This document shows positions 1 to 3,562 of a stretch of 5,887 bases of DNA, one piece after another; positions within the stretch are counted from its first letter, which is position 1, and each line of letters opens with the position of its first letter. Below the pieces are notes generated by a model. That model ran no database searches and was not told the DNA's origin. It saw only the letters and a list, made by a program, of their open reading frames with translations. The DNA is from a virus: positions 1 to 5,887 of IMG/VR virus record IMGVR_UViG_3300045988_008819; one strand, 5' to 3'. Position numbers and translations under genes: made by a program.

Positions 1-55
1 GATATTGCACATTCGTGCGAAGGTTTCGTCGCTCTTGCTTTCACCAATGTAGCAG
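1..55. repeat. Terminal direct repeat, identical to 5833..5887; assembly overlap of a circular genome (unit length 5832 nt)
   Basis: Exact 55/55 nt identity between 1..55 and 5833..5887, checked by hand. Confidence 0.9.
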
Positions 56-102
56 TAGCTTTTTGCTACGCTGTCGTAGATGCCGTAGTAATTGTGAATC
101 AT
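1..102 (-). CDS. N-terminal 34 codons of an 80-aa wrap-around ORF (hypothetical protein with a GIY...YIG-like motif); the C-terminal part is at 5692..5832
   Basis: ATG at 102..100 on the minus strand. An in-frame TAA at 117..115 bounds the ORF upstream. SD AAAGGAG sits 8 nt upstream of the ATG. The reading frame runs through position 1 into 5832 with no stop. Translation: MIHNYYGIYDSVAKSYCYIGESKSDETFARMCNIM... Confidence 0.6.
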   Translation of the reverse strand, partial: MIHNYYGIYDSVAKSYCYIGESKSDETFARMCNI

Positions 103-223
103 GTTTTTTCTCCTTTACAGTCGGATGCCGCCCCGCATGGGTTTCTGGCTCAGGTTGATACTCTTCGTTTTTCGTGCCGTCACATTGAACATGCGTTTGT
201 CGGTTTTCATCGGCATTTTCTTT

Positions 224-445
224 CTATGCTTCATTGTTGTACTCCTTTCGCATTAGCTCTAACTGGATGTCGTTTGCCCATTTTTTCATTATCCAGATTC
301 GGTCAATGATTTTATGAGCTTCCTCTTTGTCTGAAATTTTCTTGATTATTTTGTATTCGGCTTCGATTTCGCGGTATAACTTATCCGCTTCCAGCCTTAA
401 ATCTTCTTCGGTCTGGTCTCTTACATTCCATGTTTTGTGTAGCAT
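224..445 (-). CDS. Hypothetical highly charged helical protein, 73 aa
   Basis: ATG 445..443 with SD AAGGAG 6 nt upstream. Same strand and operon context as the neighbours. Charged, coiled-coil-like composition; no TM segment and no recognisable motif. Confidence 0.55.
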   Translation of the reverse strand: MLHKTWNVRDQTEEDLRLEADKLYREIEAEYKIIKKISDKEEAHKIIDRIWIMKKWANDIQLELMRKEYNNEA

Positions 446-447
446 GT

Positions 448-552
448 TTACTCCTTTTCCTTCAGGATGTGGTAAATCTCATCCAGCTTTTCAAGGACTG
501 TCTTAATCAGCTGGATTGCTTCTCGCAGATCCTTGACCTTAATCAATGCCAT
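448..552 (-). CDS. Possible 34-aa amphipathic-helix micro-ORF (MALIKVKDLREAIQLIKTVLEKLDEIYHILKEKE)
   Basis: ATG at 552..550 comes 2 nt after the peptidase stop, with SD AAAGGGGGT 8 nt upstream. Its stop TAA (450..448) lies 2 nt before the next ATG (445). It fills an otherwise unexplained 109-nt gap in a tightly packed operon. It is below the track's length cutoff. Confidence 0.3.
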   Translation of the reverse strand: MALIKVKDLREAIQLIKTVLEKLDEIYHILKEKE

Positions 553-554
553 TT

Positions 555-938
555 TTATACCCCCTTTCTGTATCTCTCTTCACGTACGTCAATATGTGTG
601 AAATTTGTGTATCTGATTACGCCGCCTTGTTCCATGATGCCGTCTGCATATTTTGCGACTTCTTGACTGCTGTGTCCTTTTACTACGATATCGGCTGCCA
701 TCCCTTTGCAGTGGTATGAGTTTGGTGCTCCGTTTACTTTGCTGTTCCAGCTTGGTGTTCTGTATCCGCTGTTTATGATGACCGGTGCATTAAAGTGGTT
801 TCTGATTTTTTCCAGTGTTTCAAGTAGTTCTCTTGCTACCAGCAGTCCTTTCGTTTTGTCTTTGCACTGAAATTCTCTTGCTTTGAAGTGTTCGCTTACT
901 TTTCCGAAGTCTGCTTTTACATAGTTCACGTGCTTCAT
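555..938 (-). CDS. Zn-dependent peptidoglycan peptidase, peptidase M15 (M15_3/VanY-like) family; putative endolysin, 127 aa
   Basis: Family signature in the translation: ...NSGYRTPSWN..., SYHCKGMAADIVV (SxHxxGxAxD zinc ligands), and a distal His in FTHIDV. SD GAGAGGAAA lies upstream of ATG 938..936. A consensus promoter is directly upstream. Stop TAA at 557..555. Confidence 0.85.
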   Translation of the reverse strand: MKHVNYVKADFGKVSEHFKAREFQCKDKTKGLLVARELLETLEKIRNHFNAPVIINSGYRTPSWNSKVNGAPNSYHCKGMAADIVVKGHSSQEVAKYADGIMEQGGVIRYTNFTHIDVREERYRKGV

Positions 939-971
939 GCGGTTTCCTCTCTGCTGCGCGAAGCGCGGCGA

Positions 972-982
972 TTTTTTTTTTT
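972..982. repeat. Homopolymer T11 (A11 on the coding strand) between the -10 hexamer and the peptidase RBS
   Basis: Counted directly: 11 consecutive T. Confidence 0.9.
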
Positions 983-1011
983 ATTATAACAACAAAACCC
1001 GGAGCTGTCAA
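976..1011 (-). promoter_or_regulatory. Perfect-consensus sigma70 promoter: -35 TTGACA (1011..1006), 17-nt spacer, -10 TATAAT (988..983); predicted TSS inside the A11 run
   Basis: Minus strand: AAACCCGGAG-TTGACAG-CTCCGGGTTTTGTTGT-TATAAT-AAAAAAAAAAATCGCC...GAGAGGAAACCGCATG (peptidase). The -35 hexamer sits in the loop of the upstream terminator hairpin. Confidence 0.7.
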
Positions 1012-1021
1012 CTCCGGGTTT
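983..1021 (-). terminator. Rho-independent terminator after the 60-aa ORF: 10-bp stem AAACCCGGAG/CTCCGGGTTT (995..1004 / 1012..1021), 7-nt loop, followed by UUUUGUUGUU
   Basis: Perfect inverted repeat followed by a U-rich tract on the minus-strand transcript, starting 3 nt after the stop codon. Also T-rich on the plus side, so possibly bidirectional. Confidence 0.7.
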
Positions 1022-1024
1022 GGT

Positions 1025-1207
1025 TTATTCTTTTTCGGTGAAATACATTTTTACTGTTTCTACTTTTTGTAGGCTGTACAGCCCCGGGTGCCTGTTTGCG
1101 TAGTCTTCTGCTCTTTGTTTTGCGTATTTTGGTTCTGCGTTTAGTACCAGTACCGTGGTTATGCTGTCGTCAGCTTCAAGTTTTCTGAGTTCGTATGTGT
1201 GTTTCAT
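1025..1207 (-). CDS. Hypothetical small protein, 60 aa from ATG at 1207 (the track shows 63 aa from a GTG at 1216)
   Basis: SD AAGGAAGGTG lies 8 nt upstream of ATG 1207..1205. A near-consensus sigma70 promoter is immediately upstream. A strong intrinsic terminator hairpin sits 3 nt after the TAA stop (1027..1025). No TM segment and no recognisable domain. Confidence 0.6.
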   Translation of the reverse strand: MKHTYELRKLEADDSITTVLVLNAEPKYAKQRAEDYANRHPGLYSLQKVETVKMYFTEKE

Positions 1208-1227
1208 TTTTGGCACCTTCCTTTCTC

Positions 1228-1263
1228 TGATTATATTTTATCATATTTTTCTGATTTTGTCAA
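1228..1263 (-). promoter_or_regulatory. Sigma70-type promoter: -35 TTGACA (1263..1258), 17-nt spacer, extended -10 TGaTAAAAT (1243..1235); predicted TSS near 1228
   Basis: Read off the minus strand: ...AAAAAACTTGACAAAATCAGAAAAATATGATAAAATATAATCAGAGAAAGGAAGG...ATG. An A-tract (UP-like) lies upstream of the -35. Confidence 0.7.
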
Positions 1264-1291
1264 GTTTTTTTTGAAGAATTTTTCATTATAT

Positions 1292-1338
1292 GGCCGCTGT
1301 TGCGCGCTACGCGGCGCAACTTCCAGCGAAGCGCGGCC
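1292..1338. repeat. GC-rich nested inverted repeats: outer ggccgc (1292..1297)/gcggcc (1333..1338); inner 7-bp stem gttgcgc/gcgcaac (1299..1320); contains the 12-mer gcgaagcgcggc also found at 958..969
   Basis: Read directly. The 12-bp direct repeat gcgaagcgcggc occurs at 958..969 and 1326..1337. Each copy lies just upstream of a promoter-gene unit on the minus strand. Confidence 0.7.
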
Positions 1339-1376
1339 GTGGCTTTCCCGTTCGATTCCGGATTGCTTCTATTAGG

Positions 1377-1540
1377 TTTTCAACATTTTCAACATAGTTT
1401 TCAACTTTTCAACATTGTTAAACTTTAACACAATAGAGTGTTTCAACAATTCAACAAGTTTTCAACAAATCTTTCAACTAGTAATTATTTCTACTTTTCA
1501 CGTGATAACGTAGAATTATTCCTGTTTTCAACTTTTCCAC
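1377..1540. repeat. Iteron-like array: nine copies of TTCAAC, mostly as TTTTCAAC(A), plus degenerate copies, spaced about 8-12 bp apart
   Basis: TTCAAC occurs at 1379, 1388, 1400, 1408, 1442, 1450, 1461, 1473 and 1527. Variants TTTTCAC (1495) and TTTTCCAC (1533). The 9-mer caacaagtt is also repeated, at 1452 and 1561. Confidence 0.8.
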
Positions 1541-1545
1541 ATACC

Positions 1546-1561
1546 CTACTACTACTACTAC
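1546..1561. repeat. Trinucleotide microsatellite (CTA/TAC) x5
   Basis: ctactactactactac, read directly. Confidence 0.9.
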
Positions 1562-1577
1562 AACAAGTTATATTATA

Positions 1578-1628
1578 ATACGTGCGCACGCGTGCGCGTG
1601 TGGCTTTTCGCGTGCACGTGTGTGCGCG
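1578..1628. repeat. GC-rich block of two perfectly alternating purine-pyrimidine tracts (25 nt and 20 nt), including the 14-bp perfect palindrome gcgcacgcgtgcgc (1584..1597)
   Basis: 1578..1602 atacgtgcgcacgcgtgcgcgtgtg and 1609..1628 cgcgtgcacgtgtgtgcgcg both alternate Pu/Py without a break. They contain palindromes acgcgt, gtgcac and cacgtg. Confidence 0.8.
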
Positions 1629-1642
1629 ATTAGAATAATAAT

Positions 1643-1672
1643 GCCCAGTACCTTACTTGATAGGTACTGGGC
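1643..1672. other. Perfect 11-bp stem / 8-nt loop hairpin 29 nt downstream of the rep (VP4) stop codon; candidate terminator or replication-origin element
   Basis: gcccagtacct (1643..1653) pairs with aggtactgggc (1662..1672); loop tacttgat (1654..1661). Confidence 0.6.
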
Positions 1673-1685
1673 TAGGTGACACCGA

Positions 1686-2705
1686 TTATAAAATACCGCT
1701 CTTCTTCGTTTGTTTTTTCGTGACACGCTCTTTGGTCTCTAAGACGGTTTTATAATCTTGATTCTCTAACTGTAGTCTCTTCTGCTGCATTGCGTTTTTT
1801 TGTCGGTTCTGTTTAATTCTCCACAATCTTTGTGGGTTTTCTGCTTCCATTTGTTTTTCATAGTATCTTGGTATTTGTGCTCTTTTTCCGTTGGTACACT
1901 GAATGTAGCCTTGTCGCCAGATTTCTGCCTTGTGTTCTTGATAGTATTTATCTCCTAGACCCGGTTTTAAGCTCATGCAAGCAAATGGTTTTGTTTGCCC
2001 TAGCTCGTAGTATACGTTAGCTTTTTTACCGTCTATTTCGTACATTTTTTTTGTAACGTATCCTGCAACATATCTATATGTTTCTGGAACTGCTTGCGCT
2101 ATCTGTATTTGTCCCATTCCCCACAGACCTTTTAGCCATTCACTGGTATAGTATCCGTTGTGTTGAATCTTGTATAGATTTTCTAGGTCTGTTGGTTTCC
2201 ATCCGTATAGAATCATGTGGTAATGTGGTCTCGCTGTCTGTTCTCCGTACTCACCCGCTACAAAATAGCGTAATTTGCCCTTGTAAGCCTTTCTGAGGCG
2301 TTTTAGAAACTTTTGAATATCCTCATATAGTAAAATCTGAACGCTGCTAGGGCGCTTCTCTCCCGGCTTCCACGTGTATTGTACTTTTCGCATGATTTCA
2401 CCTGTTTTTACTATCATGCCCGGCACGTGGTCATCATCATACGTTAGCGTTATAAACCAAACTTCTTCTTTCGGATAGTCTCGTGCTTCCAGCTCTATGC
2501 GTGTTGTCCAGTCCTCCCTTTGTCTGATTCTGCATCCTATACATTGTCCGCATGGAATTAACATGATCTTTGGATTATACATTAAATCTTCATATTTTAG
2601 CTGTTTCCCGCTCAACTGAGAAAAGCGGGCGAGTGAATATACTCGCCCGCTCTGTTCTCTATCATTCGGGTTGTACAGTCGTATTAACGGCTTGTAGCAA
2701 CTCAT
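1686..2705 (-). CDS. VP4: Replication initiation protein VP4 (rolling-circle Rep, gene A homologue), 339 aa
   Basis: RCR motif I WFITLTYDD; motif II (HUH) RPHYHMILYG; motif III with two tyrosines YVAGYVTKK; Cys cluster CGQCIGCR. SD GGAGG lies upstream. ATGA overlap with VP2. Confidence 0.93.
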   Translation of the reverse strand: MSCYKPLIRLYNPNDREQSGRVYSLARFSQLSGKQLKYEDLMYNPKIMLIPCGQCIGCRIRQREDWTTRIELEARDYPKEEVWFITLTYDDDHVPGMIVKTGEIMRKVQYTWKPGEKRPSSVQILLYEDIQKFLKRLRKAYKGKLRYFVAGEYGEQTARPHYHMILYGWKPTDLENLYKIQHNGYYTSEWLKGLWGMGQIQIAQAVPETYRYVAGYVTKKMYEIDGKKANVYYELGQTKPFACMSLKPGLGDKYYQEHKAEIWRQGYIQCTNGKRAQIPRYYEKQMEAENPQRLWRIKQNRQKNAMQQKRLQLENQDYKTVLETKERVTKKQTKKSGIL

Positions 2706-3523
2706 TTATTTCTTTTTCCTCCTCTATTTTTGCTGAATTTTCCTCCTCCTGATTCAAACGGCACTGTTTTGTCTGTCTTTTCTAGCTGTTTCCATGTTTT
2801 CAGCAAATCTTCAGTTAGTTGGTATGGACTGCTGTAGCTTGTGCTCATCTGATTTCCTACGGCTTCTGCCAACTGATACCATTGTGATTTACTTTCGCTG
2901 CGGTTGTAGTAACTGTTTGGTACGTTGCCGTTTAGTGCTGATACTCCCAGTGCGCTTGATGCTGGCATTCCCATACTTGCGCCTGTGATTGTTGCGCCTG
3001 AGCCGCCCGGTGTGCTTGCTCCGCCTTGCGCGTATGCTAAGATGGGATTGATTCCTGCTTTTCGCATATCTTGAACGGTTCTTTGATATGCTGTATTGCT
3101 CATACGTTCCTGGAACTCTCTGTTTGCTAATGCTTCGGCGCTGTTATATTCCATAGCGGCGTTTTGCTCGATGTGGTTATAAATACCCTGTTGAATTGCT
3201 CCTAATGTGTTATAGCCCATCTGCATTAACATATTTTGACGGTTTGTTTTACTTTGAAAAGCGTTTTGTCCTCCTTGCCATTGATAGTATTTGTTGAGGT
3301 AGTCCATGATTTGCTTGTCGTTTGTGCCGCCCGCGCTCATGGATGTACTTTGCCCTCCGCCTTGGCTCTGGCTCATGTTATTGCCTTGGCTCTGGCTTTG
3401 ACTTTTCTGTCCGTAGAAACTTGATAGTCCGTTTCCAAGAAGTGACATTCCTGTCGTTACGACTTCTGGATGGCTTGCTAGCCATGTTCCTGCACTTGCT
3501 AGCATTGCTCCTAATCCTGCCAT
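2702..3523 (-). CDS. VP2: Minor capsid / DNA pilot protein VP2 (H-protein homologue), 273 aa
   Basis: Gly/Gln/Ser-rich low-complexity N-half (SQSQSQGNNMSQSQGGGQS). Conserved block EFQERMSNTAYQRTVQDMRKAGINPILAY, typical of Microviridae VP2. Sits directly after VP1. Its stop TGA overlaps the VP4 start as ATGA. Confidence 0.85.
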   Translation of the reverse strand: MAGLGAMLASAGTWLASHPEVVTTGMSLLGNGLSSFYGQKSQSQSQGNNMSQSQGGGQSTSMSAGGTNDKQIMDYLNKYYQWQGGQNAFQSKTNRQNMLMQMGYNTLGAIQQGIYNHIEQNAAMEYNSAEALANREFQERMSNTAYQRTVQDMRKAGINPILAYAQGGASTPGGSGATITGASMGMPASSALGVSALNGNVPNSYYNRSESKSQWYQLAEAVGNQMSTSYSSPYQLTEDLLKTWKQLEKTDKTVPFESGGGKFSKNRGGKRNK

Positions 3524-3551
3524 TATAAAATGGCCCGGATTTCTCCGGGCT
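3524..3551 (-). promoter_or_regulatory. Intercistronic hairpin between VP1 and VP2: 7-bp GC stem GCCCGGA/TCCGGGC with GAAA tetraloop, then CAUUUUAUA before the VP2 AUG
   Basis: Minus strand: TAA-AGAAAGGAGGAA-GCCCGGA-GAAA-TCCGGGC-CATTTTATA-ATG. The only SD-like sequence (AAGGAGG) is about 30 nt from the AUG, on the far side of the hairpin. Confidence 0.6.
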
Positions 3552-3562
3552 TCCTCCTTTCT

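Noticed and set aside
103-223. Promoter for the structural operon in the 120-nt gap upstream of the wrap-around ORF
   Set aside because: The best hexamers (CCGACA / TTCAAT / TATCAA) match consensus at only 4 of 6 positions and have wrong spacing. Expression may instead come by read-through from upstream promoters, as in phiX174. No call made.
820-1011. Very basic 63-aa minus-strand ORF (K/R-rich), superficially like the small DNA-binding J/ORF8 protein of Microviridae
   Set aside because: It has no ATG; the M is a TTG that lies inside the -35 hexamer and hairpin loop. It overlaps the first 40 codons of the M15 peptidase in another frame. Its basic character comes from translating the A11 run (KKK) and GC-rich stems. 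It spans the promoter and terminator. Most likely a frame artefact.
1377-1540. CRISPR-like repeat array
   Set aside because: Repeat units are only 6-9 nt with irregular 8-54 nt spacing and no repeat-spacer architecture. They are iteron-like or curvature elements, not CRISPR.
1561-1600. Possible dif-like XerC/D site (GTGCGCA next to the AT-rich palindrome tattataata); enterobacterial gokushovirus prophages integrate at dif
   Set aside because: My best hand alignment to E. coli dif gave only about 15/28 matches, and the XerD-arm signature TTATGTTAAAT is absent. Not supportable from sequence alone, though it would be worth a proper dif-profile search.
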